64,000 bases of DNA from assembly GCA_021773975.1 (NCBI GenBank), contig JAJFJN010000012.1, positions 299 through 64,298 of the forward strand, in the 5' to 3' direction. The notes under the pieces were generated by a model. The model saw only the letters and a program-made list of their open reading frames with translations, made no database searches and was not told the DNA's origin. Source of the DNA: Gammaproteobacteria bacterium (GTDB lineage Bacteria > Pseudomonadota > Gammaproteobacteria > Chromatiales > Chromatiaceae). The translations under genes were made by a program, and so were the position numbers. Positions 8,821 through 20,905 of this stretch are shown here, one piece after another; positions within the stretch are counted from its first letter, which is position 1; every line of letters begins with the position of its first letter.

Positions 8821-10587
8821 ATGGCATGGGAAGGCTGGTTTACCCTCGGCGTTATCGCCCTCTGTTTTAGTCTGCTGGCTTTAGGTAAGGCATCAGCCGA
8901 CATCATTATGGTCGGTGGCCTGTTGATCCTGCTGCTAGTCGGCATCCTTGATCCACAGGAAGCATTGATCGGCGCAGGCAACGAAGGCGTGGTGACGATA
9001 GGACTGCTCTTTATTGTTGCTGCCGGCCTGCGAGAAACCGGTGCCATTGCCTGGATTGCAGCTGCCATCCTGGGTCATCCAAAGAGCCTTGCGGCAGCTC
9101 AGCTGCGCTTGATGGCTCCAGTGATGGGTATGAGTGCATTTCTCAACAATACCCCTGTTGTTGCGATGATGATTCCAGCCGTCAATGATTGGGCCAGACG
9201 TCTTCAGATATCGGTGTCCAAACTGATGATCCCGCTGAGCTATGCCTCTATTGTTGGTGGCACCCTGACACTGATTGGCACCAGCACCAATCTGGTTGTT
9301 AATGGCCTGCTGATTTCACACACAGGCACCGGCATTGGCATGTGGGAGATTGCCTGGCTGGGTCTGCCTGCACTGCTTATCGTACTGGGTTATACCGTCA
9401 TTGCCAGCCGCTGGTTGCTGCCGGAGCGGGTGCCTGCGATCAGTCTATTCGACAACATGCGTGAATATACGGTGGAGATGGTGGTTGCCGATGATGGCCC
9501 ATTGGTGGGCAAGAGTATTGAAGAGGCAGGGCTGCGTCATCTGCCTGGTATGTTCTTGACCAGTATCGACCGTGATGGGCAATCGATGCTGGCAGTATCG
9601 CCCAAGGAGCAACTACAAGGCAGCGACCGTCTTATTTTTGCTGGGGTGCTTGACTCAGTGGTCGATCTGCAAAAGATCCATGGTTTGAACAGTGCCAACA
9701 ATGAGGCTAGTTGGCTTGACTCACCTCAGCATCAGCGCAATCTGGTTGAGGTGGTGATCTCTGATACCAACCCCTTTGTGGGCAAGAGTATTCGTAAAAG
9801 CCGTTTTCGCAGTCATTACAACGCAGCGGTTATTGCAGTGGCACGCAATGGAGAACGCCTCAATCAAAAACTGGGGGATGTGGTAATTACCGCCGGTGAT
9901 ACTTTGTTGTTGGAAACAACCGAAGGTTTTACCAATACACAGAAGAACTCACGGGACTTCTATCTGGTCAGCCTGCTGGAAAATTCTGGCCCTGTTCGTC
10001 ACGACCGAGCCTGGGTCTCACTTATGATACTGCTGGTTATGGTTGGCAGCGTGAGCTTTGAACTGCTCACTATGTTCAAGGCCTCCTTTCTGGCCGCTGG
10101 TCTTATGGTGCTGACAGGGTGTCTGCCTGGTGGTGTGGCTCGCCGCAGCGTGGTGTGGCAGGTGTTGATCGTAATTGCCGCCGCCATTGGTATTGGGACC
10201 GCCCTCACCAAGACGGGTGCTGCCACAGTGATCGCTGAAGAGCTGGTAGGCCTAGCCCAAGGTGATCCTCTGATGACGCTGGTGATTGTTTACCTCTTAA
10301 CCGTGCTCTGCACGGAGTTGATTACCAATAATGCAGCCGCTGTTTTGATGTTTCCCATTGCACTGACCAGTGCGCAACAGCTTGGTGTAAATCTGCTGCC
10401 TTTTGCTATCGCCATTATGTTTGCTGCCTCTTGTAGCTTTGCCACCCCGATTGGTTATCAAACCAATCTGATGGTTTATGGACCCGGTGGTTATCGCTTT
10501 GGTGATTTTCTGCGTTTTGGATTGCCGTTGACATTTCTGCTTGGCGCAGTGGCGCTGTTGATTATCCCGCAGGTGTGGCCTTTTTGA
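8821..10587 (+). CDS. SLC13/DASS-superfamily permease with two central TrkA-C (RCK C-terminal) domains
   Basis: 588 aa. Multi-TM halves flank two TrkA-C-like segments (PLVGKSIEEAGLRHLPGMFL... and NPFVGKSIRKSRFRSHYNAAVIAV...). Confidence 0.75.
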   Translation: MAWEGWFTLGVIALCFSLLALGKASADIIMVGGLLILLLVGILDPQEALIGAGNEGVVTIGLLFIVAAGLRETGAIAWIAAAILGHPKSLAAAQLRLMAPVMGMSAFLNNTPVVAMMIPAVNDWARRLQISVSKLMIPLSYASIVGGTLTLIGTSTNLVVNGLLISHTGTGIGMWEIAWLGLPALLIVLGYTVIASRWLLPERVPAISLFDNMREYTVEMVVADDGPLVGKSIEEAGLRHLPGMFLTSIDRDGQSMLAVSPKEQLQGSDRLIFAGVLDSVVDLQKIHGLNSANNEASWLDSPQHQRNLVEVVISDTNPFVGKSIRKSRFRSHYNAAVIAVARNGERLNQKLGDVVITAGDTLLLETTEGFTNTQKNSRDFYLVSLLENSGPVRHDRAWVSLMILLVMVGSVSFELLTMFKASFLAAGLMVLTGCLPGGVARRSVVWQVLIVIAAAIGIGTALTKTGAATVIAEELVGLAQGDPLMTLVIVYLLTVLCTELITNNAAAVLMFPIALTSAQQLGVNLLPFAIAIMFAASCSFATPIGYQTNLMVYGPGGYRFGDFLRFGLPLTFLLGAVALLIIPQVWPF

Positions 10588-10656
10588 CTTGGGGTTATTC
10601 GCACAGAACAAGCAATCCTTGGCAGGTAAAGCAGAACGTTAGTCCGTTAGTTTTAT

Positions 10657-11346
10657 TTATACATCCCAGGGGATGGGGGATAAAATCCCAAGAGATTTGA
10701 GGTGCTCTTCTGCTGATCCACAGAAGTAACCGGAGATATCAGAAAGTGAAGTTAAACTGTTGTATACATTGTTTTCTCGAAATATTTTCTCCTGCCTGGT
10801 TACAGCCAATACCAGTTTTGGTGTTCTTTTCCATTCGCATCTACTCCCGTTGAGAATGGTATGCACCGAAGCGTGCAAGGAAGAGAGATGTGCAGCGTAA
10901 TCTTTCAGATCGCCATCGAATCTTTCTAGTTCTATTGTTTTGCCGTTCCAAACAGATCGGCGTACTTTGCTATCATCAATTTCCGAACGTGGGGGATTCT
11001 TAAGGCCACGGTACTGATATCCATCTTTGTAGAACAGTAATTCGGGATCGCGATCAATAAAAAAACCCCACTGTGCGGTTCTGGGTTCCCATCCTTCAAA
11101 GAAAAAGAGGCCGTTTTTATCTGTCTGTGTCTCCATGATGTTCAGATGAGCAGCAGGTATGTGTCCTCCGATGGTGCTTTTGTGAAGCTGCCAATTAGCA
11201 ACGACAAGAACACCTTCAAGAGGTTTTTTTGTATCGGCGTCTATTACCCATCCTTCAATAGGAGCGGCTGAGTAGTGGTTGCATGCTGCTAGAGCAAAGA
11301 CTGCTATACCCTGCATTACAATCCGGGCTTTGATTCTTACTGCCAT
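10657..11346 (-). CDS. Hypothetical exported protein or lipoprotein
   Basis: An internal Met gives MAVRIKARIVMQGIAVFALAAC, a signal peptide with an LAAC lipobox. A possible carboxypeptidase-regulatory-like beta segment is present (VIDADTKKPLEGVLVVANW). No function assigned. Confidence 0.5.
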   Translation of the reverse strand: MAVRIKARIVMQGIAVFALAACNHYSAAPIEGWVIDADTKKPLEGVLVVANWQLHKSTIGGHIPAAHLNIMETQTDKNGLFFFEGWEPRTAQWGFFIDRDPELLFYKDGYQYRGLKNPPRSEIDDSKVRRSVWNGKTIELERFDGDLKDYAAHLSSLHASVHTILNGSRCEWKRTPKLVLAVTRQEKIFRENNVYNSLTSLSDISGYFCGSAEEHLKSLGILSPIPWDV

Positions 11347-11774
11347 GTTTTTCTCTATGATATCAATGCGCTTATTGGAGGCTAAATGGAATAACAATCT
11401 CCTGCTAAATCCTCTGATTTTCGCTCAGCTTTCTTGTCCTGTGAAAGCAAGGTATTGATCCGTAATTTATACATCTGGCTGAAGAAGCAAAGAATAGAAT
11501 GCCAAAAGATTTAACCACTGTGCAGCGTTATGCTAAGCAGATAAAAACATTATTAAAAGTAGATTATTATTTCCGTATTGCTCGTATTTTACGAATGCTC
11601 AGATGTTAGTTTAAATTTGCTGAAAGTCTTTTAGATTGGCTGCTTATCTCCTTGAGATAAGCCGCTAGTGGGGGGATATTACCTATTGCGGACAAGCTGG
11701 TTACGGTGCTGTTGACGTTTACCGTACTCTGTTGGATTCTGATATGTGACAGGCGCAGTGGCTGCGGCTATAAA

Positions 11775-12593
11775 CTAACGCTGCAATAGCGTCTTGATCT
11801 CCTGGATTTCGCTGCGCAATGAATTGATCTCACTATGTAGCATTTGAGTGTCTTCATCCAACCTGGTTGTAACAACCTGCTGGCTTGCTTCAAGCTCATT
11901 GTGCTGCTCCAGCTGTACCGCATTGACGATGACAGCGATAAAAAGATTCAGCATGGTAAAGGTGGCAATCAGGATAAATGTAATAAAAAAGAGCCAGGCA
12001 TTTGGATAAACTTCCATCACTGGCCGGACAATGCCCATCGACCAGGACTCTAGCGTCATCACTTGAAACAGGGTGTAGCCCGTGGCTGCCAGGCTACCAA
12101 ACCAATCTGGAAACTGCTCACCAAAAAGGTTGGTTGCAATAACGGCTGAGACATAAAAAATAACCAGCATAATGGCCATGACAGATCCCAGCCCTGGGAT
12201 TGCCGCCATCATGCCACCGATGACTCGGCGCATTGAGGGAACCATGGTGAGCAGACGTAAAACCCGTAGCACGCGCAATGCACGCAGTACGGCCAAAGGG
12301 CCGGATGCAGGCACCAAGGCGATAGCAACTACTGTAAAATCAAACAGGCTCCAAGGATCACGAAAAAAGCTCAGACGATGCACCAGGATGCGCAACACAA
12401 TCTCAACTACAAAAACCACCAGAATTATTGCATCAATAGCGTGCAGTAACCCTCCCCACTGCTGCATCAGGCTCTGACTTGTCTCTAACCCAAGGATAAT
12501 GGCATTAATGATGATCAGTGTAATAATGAATCGCTGAACGGGCGTGGATTCAATAAAAACAGCTGATTTCTCAGACCAGTTATGGGATTCCAC
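11775..12593 (-). CDS. Bacterial voltage-gated sodium channel (NaChBac/BacNav family)
   Basis: 272 aa, 6 TM. S4 carries Arg every third residue (LRALRVLRVLRLLTMVPSMRRV). The pore filter LFQVMTLESWSMGIVRP matches the NaChBac TLESW filter. A C-terminal coiled coil is present. Confidence 0.85.
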   Translation of the reverse strand: MESHNWSEKSAVFIESTPVQRFIITLIIINAIILGLETSQSLMQQWGGLLHAIDAIILVVFVVEIVLRILVHRLSFFRDPWSLFDFTVVAIALVPASGPLAVLRALRVLRVLRLLTMVPSMRRVIGGMMAAIPGLGSVMAIMLVIFYVSAVIATNLFGEQFPDWFGSLAATGYTLFQVMTLESWSMGIVRPVMEVYPNAWLFFITFILIATFTMLNLFIAVIVNAVQLEQHNELEASQQVVTTRLDEDTQMLHSEINSLRSEIQEIKTLLQR

Positions 12594-12602
12594 TAAAGTT
12601 AC

Positions 12603-13586
12603 TCATCGGTTTTTTTGCCGCTCCAGTTGTGACATCAGCCAATAGACAGCACCGAGTACACCCAATGCAACAACCAGGAACCACTGCGCCTCAAGTGCAT
12701 CACTCTTGAGTGAGGTGATTAGTAACTTGCGTATGACGGCTACCAATGCAACACCAACAAATACCTTGATGGCAAACCTTTTTGCCCCCTGCAGGTGCTC
12801 AACCTCAGTATCTACCAACTCAATGACCACCCATAACATCAAGAGTGCACCCAACGTCGCCAGTACCCCTTTTTCCAGGTCACCTTTAAATATTTCAATT
12901 ACATCAACGGTAAACAGGGCCAGAACAATAACCCCCAGGAAAACCAAGCCAAATACCAACAGCAGATTAAGCCCGTAGGAAAAACGTTTAGCAAAACTGA
13001 TCAGCTTGCCTTCTGTTTTTTTAGATATAAAAAAGTGGTTTAGCTCTTCTCTAATATAGGATGCTGTCAAAATATCCAGGTTAATATCCAACATCTTGCC
13101 CAATGCTGCCAGCATATCTCCCCGCTCGCTGCAATCTGAAACCTCACTGTTAATCAGGTTTGTGCAGTAACTACGTACAAAGCTGATGGACGAATTAACA
13201 TAATGCGAGGGCAACCCTACCTTTACATGAGCGTAACCGATCCCTTCCAGATAACGCAGATAATCATCATCAAAAACATCAAAAAGTTTAACAAACCAGC
13301 TTTTTAAGGCACGTTTGTGCCTTTGGATAACCTGATCATTCTTCAGATATTTTGAACCACTTTTATACTGTAGGGTGTGCTGGTAGAAGGCTTCAATAAA
13401 GTCCTCTTTATGCCCTTCCATAAGGGGAGCCATTTTAATCAGAATGGTCTCATCCCAATCAGTAAGCCCATAGTGTTTTATATACCGCTGCTTATTCTCT
13501 TCGGCCATAGTGGTCACATCAATAATAGGGTCAGTTGCAAAGTGAATGGAGCCAAACGGCCATCCAGCATGATGGTATATTGTCAT
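12603..13586 (-). CDS. Globin-coupled-sensor (protoglobin) domain fused to a PsiE-like 4-TM membrane domain
   Basis: The N-terminal part has the GCS globin signature with a candidate proximal His (LEGIGYAHVKVGLPSHYV). The C-terminal 130 aa resemble PsiE (LLMLWVVIELVD...KVFVGVALVAVIRKLLI). The gene ends 9 nt before the BacNav start. Confidence 0.65.
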   Translation of the reverse strand: MTIYHHAGWPFGSIHFATDPIIDVTTMAEENKQRYIKHYGLTDWDETILIKMAPLMEGHKEDFIEAFYQHTLQYKSGSKYLKNDQVIQRHKRALKSWFVKLFDVFDDDYLRYLEGIGYAHVKVGLPSHYVNSSISFVRSYCTNLINSEVSDCSERGDMLAALGKMLDINLDILTASYIREELNHFFISKKTEGKLISFAKRFSYGLNLLLVFGLVFLGVIVLALFTVDVIEIFKGDLEKGVLATLGALLMLWVVIELVDTEVEHLQGAKRFAIKVFVGVALVAVIRKLLITSLKSDALEAQWFLVVALGVLGAVYWLMSQLERQKNR

Positions 13587-13952
13587 GCTTGATTACACAG
13601 TGTCAATATGTGTTGTCATACAGCCAAGTGTAATAATCTAAATGACACCTTTAACCACAGGCAATGCACATCTCTCTGGAACTCTCTCATTATTATGGAA
13701 CTTTCTCAATCACTGCCTAAGAGAGGGCCTGCTGAATGGCAACGTGGAGTTACTATTGTTCCATTGCTTGGCTCAGCAAAGTTACTGCTACACGATGAAC
13801 TTTTTATCTCCTGCAATTGAAGGCAAATCTGCAGAGGCTGTAGGTTATTCTGAATATTTCCCAGCTATTGACACTGATGTCAGTACTATTCCAGTGAGTT
13901 GTGATGCACCACTTTGAGGTATATTAATGACTAAAGCCCCATGTACGCAGTG

Positions 13953-14585
13953 CTATACAATGGGTTGAAAAGCGCCCTCAACAGGATCAAGAGATAAAAG
14001 ATTGCCCGCTTCTAAATCATAGTGCCAACCGTGTAGCTGGAGCCTGCCACACTCCACCTCTTTTGCAATCCATGGGAAGGTTTGCAGATTAAGCAATGAT
14101 GTCTCTATCGACTCCAGCTCACAGGCATGGCACTGTTCGTCAAATGATTGAAGATCTGTACGATGCAAAATCCGCTGACGGGCATCATCTGCGATACTTA
14201 TCCAGGAGGCAATGAAATCCTTATTAGCATCTGCTGGCTTGGGCTGTTGAAGGAGCGCCTTGATCCCACCGCACTGGCTATGCCCCAATACAATAATATG
14301 TTCCACTTGCAGATTACATACGGCAAACTGCAAAGCGGCACTGGTGCCGTGCCAAACGCCCTCACTCTCATAGGGTGGCACCAAATTGGCTACATTACGT
14401 ATTACAAACAGTTCACCGGGTGTACTTTGGGTGATTATGGCGGGGTCGAGACGGGAATCGCAGCAGGCAATAACAGCGACTTTGGGTGATTGACCCTGTT
14501 GGGCCAGTTCGATCAGACGCTCACTATTCTTCTTATAGTAGCCATTTCTAAAGCATCGGTATCCTGTAATGAGTCTCTCAATCAT
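13953..14585 (-). CDS. can: Beta-class carbonic anhydrase
   Basis: 210 aa with the zinc-ligand motifs CCDSRLDP and GHSQCGGI. Confidence 0.85.
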   Translation of the reverse strand: MIERLITGYRCFRNGYYKKNSERLIELAQQGQSPKVAVIACCDSRLDPAIITQSTPGELFVIRNVANLVPPYESEGVWHGTSAALQFAVCNLQVEHIIVLGHSQCGGIKALLQQPKPADANKDFIASWISIADDARQRILHRTDLQSFDEQCHACELESIETSLLNLQTFPWIAKEVECGRLQLHGWHYDLEAGNLLSLDPVEGAFQPIV

Positions 14586-14638
14586 TTGGGTTCCTTTTTT
14601 AGATTTTGATATTCGTTATTTGCATTAAATATCGCTAG

Positions 14639-14672
14639 AAAAAAAGGCACATCCCAATCCAGTGGATGCACC
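14639..14672 (-). terminator. Rho-independent terminator downstream of icd
   Basis: On the minus strand a 9-bp stem forms (GGTGCATCC / GGATGTGCC, including two G-U pairs) with a 9-nt loop, followed by TTTTTTT. It lies 31 nt after the icd stop. Confidence 0.6.
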
Positions 14673-14702
14673 TTACCGTGGGAACTTATAGACACATAGC
14701 GG

Positions 14703-16943
<2,241 letters not shown>

Positions 16944-17038
16944 TCAGTGAAAAAGTTTTGGGAAAGTGCAATAGTCCCTGCCTTCAAGAATGTTGTGGTC
17001 TATTGCACTTACTGTTGCTGTTATGCCGCACTCAGGTA

Positions 17039-17746
17039 TCAGTCATCCCCACCCAATACACCGAGTAGATGCAGCAGGCTGGTGAAGAGATTAAAAATGG
17101 AGACATACAGGGTCACAGTGGCCATGATGTAGTTGGTCTCTCCGCCGTGAATGATCTCACTGGTCTGATACAGAATTAGCCCTGCCATCAGGAGAACAAA
17201 CATGGCTGAGACGGCTAGGGAGAGTCCAGGCATTTCAAAAAACAGAGCGCCTAGTCCAGCCAGAAAGGCCACCAGGATACCCACCATCAAAAAGCCCCCC
17301 ATGAAACTGAAATCCTTGCGACTGGTGAGGGCATAGCCAGACAGCCCCAGGAAAATAGCGCCAGTAGCGCCCAAGGCATTCATCACGACCTGTCCACCAT
17401 TGGGCAGACTAAGATAAGCGTTGAGTATTGGGCCGAGTGTGTAACCCATGAAGCCGGTTAGAGCAAAAACAAAAGCCAGACCCAGTGTGCTATCACGGAA
17501 TTTTGAGGTCAAAAACAGCAACCCGAAATAGCCGCCAAGGGTGAGCAATATCCCTGGATGAGGAAGGTTCAAAGCCATTGATGTGCCTGCAGCTAATGCA
17601 CTAAACAGCAGGGTCATGGAGAGTAACATGTAGGTATTGCGGATGACCTTGTTGGTGGCCAGCACCCCAGTCTGCGCACGGGCCGCAGCAGTTGCAGCCG
17701 ATTGTATATTCATGATGGAAAAACTCCTATTTGATTCAAGATTCAT
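17039..17746 (-). CDS. Bax-inhibitor-1/YccA family membrane protein
   Basis: 235 aa, 7 TM, with a BI-1 type C-terminus (IIHGGETNYIMATVTLYVSIFNLF). Confidence 0.85.
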   Translation of the reverse strand: MNLESNRSFSIMNIQSAATAAARAQTGVLATNKVIRNTYMLLSMTLLFSALAAGTSMALNLPHPGILLTLGGYFGLLFLTSKFRDSTLGLAFVFALTGFMGYTLGPILNAYLSLPNGGQVVMNALGATGAIFLGLSGYALTSRKDFSFMGGFLMVGILVAFLAGLGALFFEMPGLSLAVSAMFVLLMAGLILYQTSEIIHGGETNYIMATVTLYVSIFNLFTSLLHLLGVLGGDD

Positions 17747-18094
17747 TCAGGGCAAGCTTGCGTTGGGTGACAGTCCCCCACTACGCTCCATTACCTGTCG
17801 GCGCCTGAGGCGGCGGGCCACAGCACGTCCTGCGCGGCCCGTACCCCGACTGATGGCACTGTAAAGATCACTCTCCGTATCCTCGATTACTACGTCGGGC
17901 AGGCCTTCAAGTACAACTTGGATTTGGCAGCGTTTATCCGAGCCGCCGCGTGGTCCATTGATATCGGACAGCCGCACCATCACACGCTGAATATGATGTG
18001 CGCTGGAAGTGAGCGCAAAGCGCAACCGCCGCTGGATGTGGCTGCGCAGTGCATTGGTCAGGGAAAAACTCCGAGCCTGGATATTTATCTGCAT
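17747..18094 (-). CDS. HPF/RaiA-family ribosome-associated protein (short form)
   Basis: From the internal Met the protein begins MQINIQARSFSLTNALRSHIQRRL, an HPF-like N-terminus. An Arg-rich tail follows. The stop abuts the next gene's start. Confidence 0.6.
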   Translation of the reverse strand: MQINIQARSFSLTNALRSHIQRRLRFALTSSAHHIQRVMVRLSDINGPRGGSDKRCQIQVVLEGLPDVVIEDTESDLYSAISRGTGRAGRAVARRLRRRQVMERSGGLSPNASLP

Positions 18095-18240
18095 GGCATT
18101 CTCCAATAGGTTTAACTAAGGAGTCATACTAAGCAGATACAAGCACCTGAAAAAGTCGATTATTTCTTAGTTACTCTTCGTATTATACGAACAATTGAGT
18201 GCACATAATAAGTAAGACACAGCTTCCTCGAGAGTGTTGA

Positions 18241-18450
18241 CGATATGATGGTGCAGCTGCCAAAGAGACGGAACGCCTGGTGCACAGTACCAAATCGGCT
18301 GGTGCAAATGTCTGTGCTACAACCCTGTTGGAGCTAGCGCAACTGATGGAAAGGTGGGCGAATAACAGTGAGTTGGAGAGAGTAGAGAAACAGCTGGATG
18401 CACTTGAAGCTGAATTTGAGCGGATGAAAAAAGCATTGGCAGCAATGTAG
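18241..18450 (+). pseudogene. Start-less fragment of an Hpt (histidine phosphotransfer) domain
   Basis: A 69-codon open frame begins immediately after a TGA and has no ATG/GTG/TTG. It encodes ...ERLVHSTKSAGANVCATTLLELAQLMERW..., matching the Hpt pattern H-x-x-K-G/S-x-x-x-x-x-G/C-A-x-x-L. Confidence 0.45.
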
Positions 18451-18919
18451 CTGCTTTTATTAAGGCCAAAGCATTGCTTGATTATTTCCGAAATGATGAA
18501 AACATCCAGGTAAAAATACCAGGAAATACCGGCTGTATAGAATCACAGCCAGCATCTAACAACTGCCGCCAAAAGTGGCATCGATAGAGTGACAGGGATG
18601 TAACTGCGTGATTAATGCAGGAAATTAAAGTCGGGGAACGCTTTTGCCCGAACCTTTTGCTAGCTTTTGTGCCAATTGAGTGCAATCTTGAATACTGATG
18701 AATGAAAGGCTGCTTAGGGTTGCTGACAGCTAAACTCCATCTGAATCTGAATGTCTCCTGTGTGTATTCAGCTGCCATACATCAGTATTTAATGAATGGC
18801 TCTTTCTGACAGGTTCTTGCTTATTCCCCCCTTTGGTTTAACTAAATTACCGCCCAAGTCAACCACGGCGCTATAATCTACCGATTCATTCAACTCAAAA
18901 AACAATCAAGAGTACCGCC

Positions 18920-20893
18920 ATGCAAAACCGCTGGAATGACCAGGATGCCGCCCTTCATACAACAGACCTTGCCTTACGTGTCTATACCTCTCGCTTATTA
19001 GGTCAGGACACAACCTTAGTGCTGCATGGTGGAGGAAACACCTCGGTAAAGGTCACAGAGACCAACCTGGTTGGTGATGAAGAAGAGATTCTTTATGTAA
19101 AGGGTAGTGGTTGGGATTTAGAGACTATTGAGGAAGCCGGCTTTGCTCCAGTACGCATGGCACATCTATTAAAGTTGGCGCAGCTTGAGCGCCTAACTGA
19201 TCCACAGATGGTTAATGAACTGAAGACCAATATGACCCTGGCTTCCGCTCCCTCCCCTTCAGTTGAGACTATTCTGCACGCCGCCCTGCCCTATAAATAT
19301 GTTGACCACACCCACGCTGATGCCGTAGTCACCATCACCAACAGTCAGAATGGGCTGGCACGCATCCAAGAGATCTACGGGGAAGATATGGTCATCATCC
19401 CCTACGTAATGCCTGGTTTTGACCTGGCTAGACTCTGTGCAGAACACTTTGCGGCCAATGCAACAGAGAAAACCATCGGCATGGTTCTAATGAATCACGG
19501 CATCTTCTCTTTTGGTGAGACAGCTAAAGAGTCCTATGACCGTATGATTGAGCTGGTTGGTCGCGCTGAAGATTATCTCAAAGCCAATGAAGCATGGGCA
19601 CTCCCAGCCCCAAAAGCCGCAGCAACAGACAAATCACTTCGAGAAGAGATCAGTAAACTACGCCATGAGATCTCTGCAGCCGCTGGTTTCCCCCTATTAC
19701 TCTCCTGCGACATGACATCTGCCTGCCTGGCCTTTGCCCAGCGTGATGATGTTGCAACCCTTTCGCAGCAAGGGCCGGCTACACCAGACCATGTTATTCG
19801 TACAAAACGCCTACCACTTTTAGGGCGTGATATTGAAGGTTATGTAGCGGCCTACCGCAGCTATTTTGAAGAGAATGCAGCCCAGGCTAAAGATGAGAAA
19901 ACCATGCTCGATCCAGCACCCCGCATGGTACTTGATCCTGAGCTTGGTCTCTGTAGCATTGGCCGCCGTGCCAAGGATACTGCCATTATTAACGACATCT
20001 ATCATCACACCCAGGAGATCATCCAGCGCGCTACTCTACTGGGGGGATATCAGGCGCTGCCAGCCAGCGATATCTTTGATGTGGAATATTGGGATCTAGA
20101 ACAAGCCAAACTACGCAAAGGGGGGAAGCCAGCACAGTTTAGCGGTGAGGTGGCATTGGTAACAGGTGCTGCATCCGGCATCGGCAAGGCTTGCGTAGAG
20201 ACACTCTTACAGCGTGGTGCAGCTGTGGTCGGGCTGGATATTGATACTAACATTGAGCAACTCTACCAATGCCCGGACTTTCTCGGTTTGATCTGCGATG
20301 TAGCGGATGAAACGCAAATAACCCAAGCCCTGGAAAGTGCTGTACGCCATTTTGGTGGCCTGGATATGCTGATTCTTAATGCAGGCATTTTTCCTGGTGG
20401 CTGCCGCATTGATGAGCTGACAACGGAACAATGGCGCAAGGTAATCAACATCAACCTGGATTCCAATCTGATACTGATGCGCGAATGCTATCCACTATTA
20501 AAATTAGCGCCTACTAGCGGCAGGGTCGTTGTTATCGGATCTAAAAATGTGCCCGCTCCTGGCCCCGGTGCGGCAGCCTATTCTGCTTCAAAAGCCGCCC
20601 TCAACCAGCTTGCCCGTGTTGCTGCGCTCGAGTGGGGCAGCGATGGCATCCGTATCAACTCTCTGCACCCAGATGCCGTATTTGATACCGCCCTCTGGAC
20701 AGATGAGGTGTTGCAGAGTCGAGCAACTCACTATAACCTTACTGTAAAGGAGTATAAACATAAAAATCTTATGCAGGTTGAGGTTTGCAGCCACGATGTG
20801 GCTAATCTTGCAGCTGAGATGTGCGGCTCCTTATTTGCCAAGACCACAGCAGCACAGGTTCCAGTGGACGGCGGCAATGACAGAGTCATCTAA
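18920..20893 (+). CDS. Bifunctional class II aldolase/adducin-domain plus short-chain dehydrogenase protein (rhamnulose-1-phosphate aldolase/alcohol dehydrogenase-like)
   Basis: 657 aa. The N-terminal aldolase_II region is followed by an SDR with TGAASGIGKA and YSASKAA motifs. Confidence 0.85.
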   Translation: MQNRWNDQDAALHTTDLALRVYTSRLLGQDTTLVLHGGGNTSVKVTETNLVGDEEEILYVKGSGWDLETIEEAGFAPVRMAHLLKLAQLERLTDPQMVNELKTNMTLASAPSPSVETILHAALPYKYVDHTHADAVVTITNSQNGLARIQEIYGEDMVIIPYVMPGFDLARLCAEHFAANATEKTIGMVLMNHGIFSFGETAKESYDRMIELVGRAEDYLKANEAWALPAPKAAATDKSLREEISKLRHEISAAAGFPLLLSCDMTSACLAFAQRDDVATLSQQGPATPDHVIRTKRLPLLGRDIEGYVAAYRSYFEENAAQAKDEKTMLDPAPRMVLDPELGLCSIGRRAKDTAIINDIYHHTQEIIQRATLLGGYQALPASDIFDVEYWDLEQAKLRKGGKPAQFSGEVALVTGAASGIGKACVETLLQRGAAVVGLDIDTNIEQLYQCPDFLGLICDVADETQITQALESAVRHFGGLDMLILNAGIFPGGCRIDELTTEQWRKVININLDSNLILMRECYPLLKLAPTSGRVVVIGSKNVPAPGPGAAAYSASKAALNQLARVAALEWGSDGIRINSLHPDAVFDTALWTDEVLQSRATHYNLTVKEYKHKNLMQVEVCSHDVANLAAEMCGSLFAKTTAAQVPVDGGNDRVI

Positions 20894-20905
20894 CCTCAGC
20901 GAGTA

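Noticed and set aside
11499-11609. 36-codon plus-strand ORF ending in FRIARILRMLR, which resembles a voltage-sensor S4 helix, next to the BacNav gene
   Set aside because: It is too short, there is no flanking channel-like sequence in any frame, and Arg-every-third patterns arise easily by chance. It may be a relic but is not supportable.
11640-11668. 9-bp hairpin GCTTATCTC-CTT-GAGATAAGC downstream of the BacNav gene, considered as a terminator
   Set aside because: The loop is only 3 nt and neither strand has a following T tract. It lies more than 100 nt from the stop.
13608-13917. ORFs 13608-13820 and 13642-13917 in the gap between the globin-PsiE gene and the carbonic anhydrase gene
   Set aside because: They are Cys/His/Leu-rich with odd composition, overlap each other, and have no SD or motifs. 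They are likely non-coding promoter or terminator space.
18482-18778. 98-aa minus-strand ORF upstream of the aldolase/SDR gene
   Set aside because: No motifs, atypical composition, and it lies in a likely promoter region. Not supportable as a gene.
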